Virus record (IMG/VR): IMGVR_UViG_3300045988_114702
From: a virus
DNA: 64,000 nt
Direction: 5' to 3' (one strand)
The notes under the pieces were generated by a model, which saw nothing but the letters and a program-made list of their open reading frames with translations, searched no databases and had not been told where the DNA came from. The position numbers and the translations under genes were made by a program. This document shows positions 52,108 to 60,653 of the stretch, in pieces. Positions within the stretch are counted from its first letter, which is position 1, and each line of letters starts with the position of its first letter.

Positions 52108-53478
52108 TTAGTCCTCCTTCTCGCCAGCATGACGCTGGATCATACGATCGCGGGCCTCGTCAGGGTTGTTCTTCTTGCCCACATTGCGGACTGCCGCATT
52201 TGCGGAATCAGCATTGAACACCTGACGACGCTGGTCTGCCACAGTCTTGCGACCATTGATTTTACCCTTTGCGATATCAAAAGCCGCGTTGATGTAGGCT
52301 TTGCTCTTGCCATCCAGACGCATACCCGGAATAACGGCATGAACGACCTTTTTCTTTGCCTGCATTACCGGCATGGACTCCATGCCATCCAGATGCAGCT
52401 TATCGCCCAGCCGACACAGTTCCACACGCTGGCTGACCTGCGCGGCAATGGATGCGGCGCTGTCATGGTTCAGCTGGTTGCTGGAATCGTCCGAGGTATC
52501 ATCCTCATCTTCGGTAGGCTTGGTGTCGTCCTCTGCAGCATCAGCGCGGGCATTTGCGGCATCCAGCATAGACAGCAGGGTGTTGATGTCCGCTTTAGCC
52601 TGACCGTCCTCCATGGCATCACGGCGGGCAGTAATCTCTGCCAGCGCATCGGGCTTTGTAGGATCATCCTCGCCATCATCCTCGGTGGGCTTTGCAGGCT
52701 CACCGCCTGCTGCCGGGTCATTTTCATCGTCAGCAGTAGCGCCGCCGGCTGTTGCCGCCATGTACGCCTTGATTGCTGCCTGAATGCCAACGGGGTCAAG
52801 GCCGGGAGCCGCAGGGGGACCGCCCGCATCCTCGCCATCATCAGTGGTAGGCTTCGTAGTGTCCACGGTGGTATCATCGTCCTGAGTGGGGTTGTTCATC
52901 TTTTCGTTCTCATCCATAGGGGTCATACCTCCATTGTTATCTTGGCTGTCCATATTCAGGCGGGCATCATCACCGGCACGGGCGACAGCAACCAGTGCCA
53001 GATGATTGACACGGATATGGGTCTGGATTGCATCATACGGCTCTCCGTTCCATTCTCCGGGTTCCATGATAAGGTCCTGATAATACCCAACAGACAGTTC
53101 CCGCAGACCGGATGCCTTTACCGCATCCGGGTCGTCAATGACGATTTTTGCACGAACGGTTTCTCCGTCCTGCTGTCCAGGGGTCAGGATTGTTCCCACT
53201 CTCTCCCGGCGGGCATTGTCCTTGTCGATTACCTGCGCATCGTGGGTTATGATGATGGGTTTTCCCTCATAGCTTGCAAGGCTTTCCGGGGCAAACACAT
53301 CTTCCGGCCTGCGCAATTCTCGACGCTCCGAGCCATCTTCCAGCGTGTACTTGAAGATGCCCGTGCGGGTCAGGATGGGGTTATCATAAAAATATCCCTC
53401 GGTGCTGTAATGCTCATCGACAGGCACACTGTCTGTCCGCATTTCGCTCCGAAGGACTAGCGGCGGATTCTGTTTCAT
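52108..53478 (-). CDS. DUF2213-like scaffolding protein with acidic repeat region
   Basis: The N-terminal half ends in ...LSVGYYQDL...IRVNHLALVAVARAGDDARL (DUF2213 pattern). The middle is Asp/Glu/Thr/Pro-rich. Confidence 0.55.
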   Translation of the reverse strand: MKQNPPLVLRSEMRTDSVPVDEHYSTEGYFYDNPILTRTGIFKYTLEDGSERRELRRPEDVFAPESLASYEGKPIIITHDAQVIDKDNARRERVGTILTPGQQDGETVRAKIVIDDPDAVKASGLRELSVGYYQDLIMEPGEWNGEPYDAIQTHIRVNHLALVAVARAGDDARLNMDSQDNNGGMTPMDENEKMNNPTQDDDTTVDTTKPTTDDGEDAGGPPAAPGLDPVGIQAAIKAYMAATAGGATADDENDPAAGGEPAKPTEDDGEDDPTKPDALAEITARRDAMEDGQAKADINTLLSMLDAANARADAAEDDTKPTEDEDDTSDDSSNQLNHDSAASIAAQVSQRVELCRLGDKLHLDGMESMPVMQAKKKVVHAVIPGMRLDGKSKAYINAAFDIAKGKINGRKTVADQRRQVFNADSANAAVRNVGKKNNPDEARDRMIQRHAGEKED

Positions 53479-54395
53479 TGTTTCTTCTCCTTAAAGGCTG
53501 CAGAATTCAGCCTATCGAAGTTAAAGACAGGTTTTGCAACACAGCGGCACTGGTAGTCCTCTCCGGGATTGCAATGCCGCCCGCTATACACTTTGCCGTG
53601 CTTTGTCATGTACCACATGGCCGGCGGATCGTCATAACGGAATTTCTGGCCATCAAGTTCACGGTGGCATTCGCGCACACGTTCATCACCTGATGAACTC
53701 CAGATATATTCCTCTACCCCAGCGGATTCCTGCCTTGTGCGGGTCAGATTCGCGCTCAGGGTGCCCACCTGGTCACGCGCAAGAAGATTGGCTTTCGACT
53801 TGGTCACATCAAACCGGCGTTGAATTTCATTGGAAATCGCCGCCGGGGTGCGGCCTTTTGCAAAACCCTCAATAATGACGTTCTCCATATCATCGAAGCA
53901 GTCGCTTTCAATGCTGGTAATGAAGCTGACATTTTGCTCAACCCATCTTTTAAGCATCAGGTCGTATCTTTCGCCGAGAAAGAAGTCGTCATGGATATCC
54001 ACTCCCAGCGTGGCGCGCACGCTGCGCTGCCATTCTTTGAGTTGCCGCCGGTCGGTGTAGTCAGCGCACCGGCGAACATCCCGTTCCAACGGATCGGTTT
54101 TCAGCCGCCGACTGAGCCGGTCACGCATAATGCGGAACCTGCTCTGGATGCGGCGAACCATGTCGCTGTATCCATCATGTCTGATGCTGTCGGAGCCGGT
54201 TTTCTGTTCTTCCGCAACGATAGCCAGAATTTCAGGCATGGATTCTCGCACAATCTTCTGCAGTTCTTTCAACCGCCGATTTTCGATTGCGCGCATCTTG
54301 CTTTCTGCCCACTGCGGATACTCCGGCTCGATCTTTGATTTTTTCATCATTGAAGAGCGCCCGGTCATGCCGGGCCCATTATTCTTCACAGGCAT
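53475..54395 (-). CDS. Head morphogenesis protein (SPP1 gp7 / Mu F-like)
   Basis: WSSSGDERVRECHRELDGQKF...GRHCNPGEDYQCRCVAKP is a MuF domain signature. ATG at 54395 follows AAAGAGG (a GTG at 54401 is also possible). Confidence 0.75.
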   Translation of the reverse strand: MPVKNNGPGMTGRSSMMKKSKIEPEYPQWAESKMRAIENRRLKELQKIVRESMPEILAIVAEEQKTGSDSIRHDGYSDMVRRIQSRFRIMRDRLSRRLKTDPLERDVRRCADYTDRRQLKEWQRSVRATLGVDIHDDFFLGERYDLMLKRWVEQNVSFITSIESDCFDDMENVIIEGFAKGRTPAAISNEIQRRFDVTKSKANLLARDQVGTLSANLTRTRQESAGVEEYIWSSSGDERVRECHRELDGQKFRYDDPPAMWYMTKHGKVYSGRHCNPGEDYQCRCVAKPVFNFDRLNSAAFKEKKQ

Positions 54396-54442
54396 ATCCA
54401 CCTCTTTATCTTTCCGGGAACCATTTTCCCTTTGCAGACATC

Positions 54443-54481
54443 AAAAAGACCCTGCATCTCCACCTTGATGCAGGGTCTTTG
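54443..54481 (-). terminator. Hairpin terminator downstream of the tRNA cluster
   Basis: AAAGACCCTGCATC-N8-GATGCAGGGTCTTT, with a T-run on the minus strand. Confidence 0.5.
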
Positions 54482-54681
54482 TTCTTATGGCATGCAGCGC
54501 TTGAATTTTTGACCTTTTGCTTACAGCGCGCATCCGTCCAAGTGCGAAGCGGAAGGAACGCGGTTTATGGCTCCGCGCCGGCTCTGTCATGGAACAGGCC
54601 GGAACACTTCGCAGCGGTCTGTTGGGAGCAGGGTCGGTGCTCCCTCATGCCATCGAGGTGCCGATTACGGTGTACGGCGGG

Positions 54682-54758
54682 TGGTGCTGGAGGTGGGGAT
54701 TGAACCCACAGCCTGACGGTTACAAATCGCCTGCTCTGTCCTATTGAGCTACACCAGC
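54682..54758 (-). tRNA. tRNA-Thr (anticodon UGU), CCA encoded
   Basis: Manual cloverleaf: acceptor GCTGGTG/CTCCAGC (one T-T mismatch), D arm GCTC/GAGC, anticodon loop TTTGTAA, T arm GTGGG-TTCAATC-CCCAC. Confidence 0.7.
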
Positions 54759-54765
54759 GTAAAAG

Positions 54766-54838
54766 CCGAGGGTACCGGGCTCGAACCGGCGGTCTGGGAG
54801 TCAAAGGCCCATGCCTTATCCAACTTGGCCAACCCTCG
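54766..54838 (-). tRNA. tRNA-Gln (anticodon UUG), no encoded CCA
   Basis: Acceptor CGAGGGT/ACCCTCG, anticodon arm TGGGC-CTTTGAC-TCCCA, T loop TTCGAGC. Resembles Firmicutes tRNA-Gln. Confidence 0.65.
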
Positions 54839-54841
54839 ATA

Positions 54842-54917
54842 TGGAGCAGTCAACGGGGCTTGAACCCGCGGCATCCTGCTTGGAGGGCAGGCGCTCTACC
54901 AACTGAGCTATGACTGC
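54842..54917 (-). tRNA. tRNA-Gly-like (anticodon UCC) with unusual C at position 33, CCA encoded
   Basis: Acceptor GCAGTCA/TGACTGC, discriminator T, anticodon arm CCTGC-CCTCCAA-GCAGG, T arm GCGGG-TTCAAGC-CCCGT. Confidence 0.6.
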
Positions 54918-54982
54918 AAACAAAAAGAGCCTTTGCGAGGGACGCTTTCACGTCACCTGCAAAGGCTCTCAACGCCAATATT

Positions 54983-55180
54983 TTAGTCAAACACCTTTTT
55001 GCCTTCGGCAAACTTCTTTTTAGCTTCGTTCAGGCTGATGCGGTTATAACCGCCGCGATAATCAGGATCCGCTCTCTGCACGCCATCATTTACCCAGCCG
55101 CACACGGGGCATTCCTCAAAATCGTTGTCTTCATCAAAGCTATGCTGCCCACATACCGGGCAGAGGATTTTCTCAGTCAT
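54983..55180 (-). CDS. CPCC-family cysteine-rich small protein
   Basis: MTEKILCPVCGQHSFDEDNDFEECPVCGWVNDGVQ. ATG follows GGAAGGAA. Confidence 0.5.
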   Translation of the reverse strand: MTEKILCPVCGQHSFDEDNDFEECPVCGWVNDGVQRADPDYRGGYNRISLNEAKKKFAEGKKVFD

Positions 55181-57512
55181 CTTCGATTCCTTCCAATTCA
55201 AGCTGACGTTTATAGTAATCTTCCCCATCGTCAGGCTTGAACATCGTTCTTACGCCCTTCTCTGGGGAACCTTTTGCAAAGTCATTTTTCTTCGCGTCAT
55301 ACCGGCACACAAGGCCATCTTTTGTCTTGTAGCCTTTTATACCGTTTCCGCACGGGCTTTCCAAAAGTTGAACCGCCCGCTTTTCGTACTGCTCCTTTGT
55401 TGTAATGCCATCGGGAGCGTACTCAGCGGCGTGGGTTCTTCCATTCTGCCAGTGGTTGTTCAGTTTCTGCTTGTTGGGGAAACCTTTCACCTTGAAAATG
55501 TTCGCGCCTTTTGCCGAAACTGCGTTAGAATTTATTTTAGCATGACTTTGAGAATCATTCAAGTCTTTTGATGAATTTTCCTCGCTCGATACATCTTTTG
55601 ATGATGTAGAACCGCCAGAACTGGAGAACTTTCCATCTTCATCGCGGTTGTGCTTGCTCTCGTCAAAATCATCCAGTGTAATGCCCAGCCGGTCAAGGTA
55701 TTCTTTCACGCTTCTGAGAAACGGTTCAAACACAAGTCCACCGGGCACATCCTGTTTCAAAATCTGTTCAGGGGGCATCCATGTAGCCGTGAACATCTCC
55801 TTTTGGTCACACCGAGGAACGCCATCGAAGCCATTGACGAGATAGATCTGAACGGGAAGCACCTCATCCGGCTTGCCCTTGCAGTTGCCGAGATAGGTAA
55901 TATCTCCCACGTCAATATTGAACTCTTCCTTTGCTTCCCGGCGGAATGCCACGCTCGGCGTTTCCCCGGGTTCGATGTGACCGCCGGGGCCGCACCAGCC
56001 TTGCCCATCGGAGCGTTGGCCGCAGAGGATTTTTCCATCATTCAGAACGAAGCCGGCAACATAACCGCAGTCACCTTCATCCGTAACCAGGTTGCCTGCC
56101 GCAGGCGGGTTCTGCGGATTGGTCGGCTGGGGAACGTCAGCCTCGCCCAAGCCCCAGTCCTGATTAACATCTGCTTCCGTGATGATGTTTTCAGGGTCAA
56201 ACTGTTCATCCTGCGCCAAGGACTGGCGAACCTCGGGGATTTCCAAAATACCAGCCGTAACGTATGTAGATACAGTCTGTGCTCTGGTAAGCTGGGCCGC
56301 GGCATTTGCCTGGTCCTGCGTAGCCTTTTCATCATCAGACAGGCTCCATGCGCTCTTGTAGGTGATAGTGTACTCCGGCACCTCTTTGATTTCGCCGTTC
56401 CACACCATTCCGCGCAGAATCAGTTCGACCAGCGTGCGGGTGTTGTCCCGGAGGTCGCCAGACTGGATGCCGGACACGGCTTCCTTATAGTTCTCCATGT
56501 CCCCTTCGCCGGTGGCATTTTCACCCGCTGGGGAACGGCCAAAGAGCCTAGTCTGCGGGATATGGCTCACAGCAGACAGCATTGCGCAGGCATTGTCCAG
56601 AATGTCCTTAACACCAGCCACAGACAGGGATTGAATGCCCACATCCTCGCCATCTGCATCAATAAAGACCATGTTCAACAGATTACGGGCAAGGTCAAGC
56701 ATCTCCATACGCTGAAGAACCGTATCGTCACCGTCTACTGTAGACAGGACATTTGCGAGATTCTTCATTTTGTATGTCACCATTGACAGCCGTTCCAGCA
56801 AGCGAATGGAGTAGCCCGGACCGATGCAGGCGTTGCGAAGTTCTTCGCGGATGTGCATATACTCCGGAATGCCCCATGTACGGTAGAGGTTGGCCATCGT
56901 GGAGCCTTCGGGGATCTCCCCGTTATGGAATATCAGGCAGCGGGAAGAATGCACCACATAGCTGCCGTACACGCTGTTCACCTGGTAAAACTCCGGGATG
57001 CCCGTACCGCCTTTGCGGTAGTTTTCATCGTCAGGGTTGTTCTCATAGCCGTTGATCCACAGCGGGAACACCTCGTTGCGGCCGTAAACCAGCAATTCTG
57101 CCACGCCGTGAACATCCCGCCAGTTCAGCGGATCCTGAAGAAGTCTGCCATCGTCCACCAGCATAACAACAGCGGAGCCACCGAACAGACGCGCCCATTT
57201 CAGCGCCTTTGCAAGTTTGCTTTGGTAGTGAATGGTCTGCAGGTGGTCATCCAGCCGCTTTTGTAGGTCTTTATCCTTGATACCCAGGTCAATGCCATTC
57301 TTGGTGGCATCATCCGCTGGGGCATCAATGATGGTCGAAAACAGACCATTTCCTGCATAAAGGTCGGCCAGTTCCGCGTCTGTCACAGCAGCACCAGTTG
57401 CCCACTGGTAATACTCGGTGCTATCGTGCTGGGTGCCATACTTGTTCAGGACGTTGTAATAGCCATCGAGGCGAAGTTGTGGTTTGATTTTACCGGCAAT
57501 AACTTTTTTCAC
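55173..57512 (-). CDS. Portal protein (DUF1073-like) fused to a Nudix hydrolase domain and a C-terminal module
   Basis: N-terminal about 440 aa are portal-like. Nudix box GGHIEPGETPSVAFRREAKEEFNI at aa 509-532 (about 55698-56072). A Ser-rich linker and a 115-aa C-terminal domain follow. Confidence 0.7.
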   Translation of the reverse strand: MKKVIAGKIKPQLRLDGYYNVLNKYGTQHDSTEYYQWATGAAVTDAELADLYAGNGLFSTIIDAPADDATKNGIDLGIKDKDLQKRLDDHLQTIHYQSKLAKALKWARLFGGSAVVMLVDDGRLLQDPLNWRDVHGVAELLVYGRNEVFPLWINGYENNPDDENYRKGGTGIPEFYQVNSVYGSYVVHSSRCLIFHNGEIPEGSTMANLYRTWGIPEYMHIREELRNACIGPGYSIRLLERLSMVTYKMKNLANVLSTVDGDDTVLQRMEMLDLARNLLNMVFIDADGEDVGIQSLSVAGVKDILDNACAMLSAVSHIPQTRLFGRSPAGENATGEGDMENYKEAVSGIQSGDLRDNTRTLVELILRGMVWNGEIKEVPEYTITYKSAWSLSDDEKATQDQANAAAQLTRAQTVSTYVTAGILEIPEVRQSLAQDEQFDPENIITEADVNQDWGLGEADVPQPTNPQNPPAAGNLVTDEGDCGYVAGFVLNDGKILCGQRSDGQGWCGPGGHIEPGETPSVAFRREAKEEFNIDVGDITYLGNCKGKPDEVLPVQIYLVNGFDGVPRCDQKEMFTATWMPPEQILKQDVPGGLVFEPFLRSVKEYLDRLGITLDDFDESKHNRDEDGKFSSSGGSTSSKDVSSEENSSKDLNDSQSHAKINSNAVSAKGANIFKVKGFPNKQKLNNHWQNGRTHAAEYAPDGITTKEQYEKRAVQLLESPCGNGIKGYKTKDGLVCRYDAKKNDFAKGSPEKGVRTMFKPDDGEDYYKRQLELEGIEDD

Positions 57513-57531
57513 CTTTTCTCCTTTCCGGCTA

Positions 57532-58929
57532 TCATATCAGACTGCGCACATCAAAGATGCCGCCCTCATACAGCGCAAGAGCTACCGCGTCAGCGCGGTC
57601 AGGACTGGTCAGGCCGCGCTTCTTCAAGGCATCCTTGCCTTCAAGTTTCAGCTTCAGTGGTGTGCCCGCGAAGATGTATTTACGGGTGGTAAGTTGTCCT
57701 ATCAGGGTTGAATCGTTCGGGATATGTAGGGTGCCTGCCGTGGCCATATCCCGTAGGACTGCCCACATCCACGTTGCGATATCTGCATAGCGCCCGGCGG
57801 CTTCCTTGTCCGGCACGGCGCTGGAGAAGTTCACCGGCACGACCATCAGCTTGGTTAGCTTCTGCCGAATCTTTTCTCGGTTGAGAATGTCGGTCACGCC
57901 GCCGCCAACGCCGGTGTCATCAATGACCGCATAAATCAGGCCGCGGTACTGCGGATACGCTGCACGCAGGGCTTTATATATCGCAATGATATCATCTGCC
58001 GTAGCGTACAGGTCTTGACCGTGGCGTGTGACCAGCTTTTGGATATCTCCATCAATGTTCTGTGCAATGGCCGTATCATCGTTGCCAAAGCGGGCAACGT
58101 CACACCCGATGGATATCCGGGCTGGAGAACAATGTTCCAGAGGTTCAGTATTGACAGCCTTTGTGGCGAGTGCCATCGGAATAAAGACATCGTCCTCATT
58201 CTCCGGGAACTCTCCGTCAACACGGACACGGACTACATTGCTGTTCTTGCCGAACTTCCGCTCCAAGTCAGCGATATTCTGCTTATTCGTGCGGGGGCTG
58301 TCCCTGCTGGACACCTTCATACAGTAGTAGGACTGGGCGTCCACGGTATGCGAATCGTGGAATGTGCCAGTGTTCTGCGTTGGGTTTCCGCACATCAGTA
58401 AGCGGTTGTTATCGCCGGAAAGCGTGCCCTGTATAGCCTCCATGATGGGGTCAGCAACACCAGATGCCTCATCCACCACGAAAAGCATATTGTCTTCGTG
58501 GAAGCCCTGCATATTCTCCGGCTTGGTGGCTGTTCGAGCCACGGCGAACCAGCGTTTCTCATGTCCTCTCATGTAAACACGAGTCTTTGTCCATACAAGC
58601 ATAGCCTGCAAGACAGGGCTGCGTTCCTGCCACTTGGCAATCTCGGCCCAGAGGACATCATTTAACTGCTGACGAGTCGGAGCCGTGCACACCACGCGTG
58701 GATACGGGAAGCAGGACAGAAACCAAAGGACTAGGTTCGCTTCAAAAGCAGTCTTGCCAACGCCCTGTCCTGAGCGAATTGAAACCTTGCGGTGTTGTGC
58801 AATAGCTGTGGCGGCTTCTTTTTGCCACGGATCAGGCGCAAAGCCAGTCACCTCCGCAAAGAATTTGCAGGGATTTTTGCGGTACAAGGGCACCCGCCGG
58901 GCAAAGACTTCACGTTGCTTCATCGCCAT
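57532..58929 (-). CDS. terL: Terminase large subunit
   Basis: Walker A-like SGQGVGKT, plus a nuclease-half pattern with acidic residues. ATG at 58929 follows GGAGGG (the ORF is open to 58974). Confidence 0.8.
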   Translation of the reverse strand: MAMKQREVFARRVPLYRKNPCKFFAEVTGFAPDPWQKEAATAIAQHRKVSIRSGQGVGKTAFEANLVLWFLSCFPYPRVVCTAPTRQQLNDVLWAEIAKWQERSPVLQAMLVWTKTRVYMRGHEKRWFAVARTATKPENMQGFHEDNMLFVVDEASGVADPIMEAIQGTLSGDNNRLLMCGNPTQNTGTFHDSHTVDAQSYYCMKVSSRDSPRTNKQNIADLERKFGKNSNVVRVRVDGEFPENEDDVFIPMALATKAVNTEPLEHCSPARISIGCDVARFGNDDTAIAQNIDGDIQKLVTRHGQDLYATADDIIAIYKALRAAYPQYRGLIYAVIDDTGVGGGVTDILNREKIRQKLTKLMVVPVNFSSAVPDKEAAGRYADIATWMWAVLRDMATAGTLHIPNDSTLIGQLTTRKYIFAGTPLKLKLEGKDALKKRGLTSPDRADAVALALYEGGIFDVRSLI

Positions 58930-59752
58930 CGTCTGCGCCCTCCGATTCCGCATCCGCGGCTTCAACGGCCGCAACCCAATCGTCTACCAACTCGTTCTTG
59001 CCGCTGTTGCTCATTCTGCGCAGGTCGGCAAGCTGTTGTATCACCTTGGACTTCTGGCGCTGTACATCGGTCAATAGCCGCTCTAAGCGTTCCACGATAA
59101 GGTAGCTTGATTCAATGGTGGTTGATGTTTCTACGGTGGTGCCGGGGAGCCTTTCTTCCCGACTGACTTTGGCATCTATCCGCTCAATGTAGACCTCCTT
59201 GTCGTGGGCCTCTTTTTCCTTATCCTCATCCAAGCGGGTAAACGACCGGCTGGACTTGGATGTGTGCACCGACTGGATGTGCTGCTTTTTTTCCTGGACT
59301 GCGGAAATGCGCTGAAGCAGAAAAGCCTCCCGGGCAGTCAGCAGTTGAAGTTCCTGTATCAGCAGATCTTCTGCATCCACATCCTTCGTGCAGTCCTGAA
59401 TGGCTTTTTGGTTTTCCTCTGAAAAAGAGCCAAACATCACCGCAGACCAGCCACCGTGTTTCAAGGCATTCTGGTTACCCGGCGGCGCGCCTCCATGGTT
59501 GCCAACTGCATTGACATTACCCAGCGGTGCACCCGGCTTTGGCTTGCCATCCTGCGGGGCTTTCTGGGTGCATTTGGAAGATGCACCCTTGGGGTGCGGC
59601 GGGGTGCGTTTCTTGGGTGCACCCTTTTGTGCATCCCAATAGCGCTTCTTCCACGATTTCACAGTGTTCGGCGATACGTCCAGCTTCTTTGCGATTTCGG
59701 TGCATCCCATCCCTTTCTTATAAAGGGTGAACGCCTTATCTCGCTTTTCCAT
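58910..59752 (-). CDS. terS: Terminase small subunit (N-terminal HTH)
   Basis: MEKRDKAFTLYKKGMGCTEIAKKLDVSPNTVKSWKKRYW. Immediately upstream of terL and overlapping it. Confidence 0.6.
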   Translation of the reverse strand: MEKRDKAFTLYKKGMGCTEIAKKLDVSPNTVKSWKKRYWDAQKGAPKKRTPPHPKGASSKCTQKAPQDGKPKPGAPLGNVNAVGNHGGAPPGNQNALKHGGWSAVMFGSFSEENQKAIQDCTKDVDAEDLLIQELQLLTAREAFLLQRISAVQEKKQHIQSVHTSKSSRSFTRLDEDKEKEAHDKEVYIERIDAKVSREERLPGTTVETSTTIESSYLIVERLERLLTDVQRQKSKVIQQLADLRRMSNSGKNELVDDWVAAVEAADAESEGADDGDEAT

Positions 59753-59865
59753 CTACATCGCCACCACTATCCTTCTTCATTTTCTGTCCCGGTATCTACC
59801 CGGGCTGTTGTGTTGTTCCGAAGAAAAAGCGCCGACCCTTTGTAGAGCCGGCGCCGCGTCCCCTC

Positions 59866-60327
59866 TCACACGACCTTTGCGAGAGCGGTTTTAGAGATCA
59901 TCAGGTTTCCCAGTTCCACGGCCAGGAATGTGCCCGCGAACAGGCCAGCACTTGTCAGCCAGAACGGCGCGCCGACCATCATAGACAGCTCCACACCGAT
60001 GAACAGAGCCACGGACAGGGAGAGAATAACCGCTTTCCACAGAATCCCCAGCTTTTTCCACGGCCCCCAGACCACCAGTGCGTATGCAGTCCCCTCAGCC
60101 AACAGACCAAAGAGCACATCGACCGGGCCGAAAGGACTCGTTGCGTTTGCGATTGCAATTCCCAACAGCACCGCCGGGGCATACCGTTTATCCTTGAACG
60201 GGAGCGCACACAGCATATTGGCCACGCGGAACTGCACAGCTCCCCAGGACAGCGGGTTCAGGGTAGTTAATGCGACATACAGAGCCGCGACAACTGCAGT
60301 TTGGCAGAGGGCTTTGGTGTTTTTCAT
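59866..60327 (-). CDS. queT: QueT-like queuosine-precursor transporter (membrane)
   Basis: The five-to-six TM pattern and the N-terminus TKALCQTAVVAALYVALTTLNPLSWGAVQFRVANML resemble the QueT family. Confidence 0.55.
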   Translation of the reverse strand: MKNTKALCQTAVVAALYVALTTLNPLSWGAVQFRVANMLCALPFKDKRYAPAVLLGIAIANATSPFGPVDVLFGLLAEGTAYALVVWGPWKKLGILWKAVILSLSVALFIGVELSMMVGAPFWLTSAGLFAGTFLAVELGNLMISKTALAKVV

Positions 60328-60341
60328 GTTCCCTGTCCCCC

Positions 60342-60653
60342 TCATACCATAACGACCACATTACCGTGGGGTGCGTCATTCACCGCGGATTCGACCATGA
60401 TCCAGCTGGGGTGCACTTCCTCAACCAGCTTTTTCTTCAGCTTGCTGGCCGCTTCCTCGATGACCAGGCTTTCACCTTCCAGACATTCGCGGATGAACTT
60501 GTCGATCTCGCAGTAGTCCGGGATAATCTCTGCCGGCTCCATGGTCACGGTAAATTCATTGGTGTAGTCTGCCTTTCCGATGGGGCAGAAGCACCGGCAT
60601 TTCTGCTTGTAGACGATTTTTCGCACGCCGTAGCGATTTTCAAACTTAGCCAT
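60342..60653 (-). CDS. QueF-like T-fold protein (preQ0 reductase-like)
   Basis: CFCPIGKADY aligns by eye with the QueF catalytic CPxTGQPDF. The later IEE aligns with the QueF FHE. ATG follows AAGGAGAAG. Confidence 0.45.
   Translation of the reverse strand: MAKFENRYGVRKIVYKQKCRCFCPIGKADYTNEFTVTMEPAEIIPDYCEIDKFIRECLEGESLVIEEAASKLKKKLVEEVHPSWIMVESAVNDAPHGNVVVMV

Noticed and set aside
51571-53460. 629-aa plus-strand ORF
   Set aside because: It is antisense to the capsid-decoration and DUF2213 scaffold genes. It is typical of a GC-rich shadow frame and has no recognisable motifs.
54682-54917. tRNA cluster as the integration target (attB/attL remnant)
   Set aside because: It lies in the middle of the late operon, about 27 kb from int. 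The tRNAs are complete and no partial tRNA duplicate lies near 27007-27500.
54842-54917. Suppressor tRNA indicating stop-codon recoding
   Set aside because: The anticodon reads UCC, not a stop-complementary triplet. Long ORFs throughout the window are intact under the standard code.
55650-56786. 378-aa plus-strand ORF
   Set aside because: It is antisense to the portal-Nudix gene, which has clear motifs. It is a shadow ORF.
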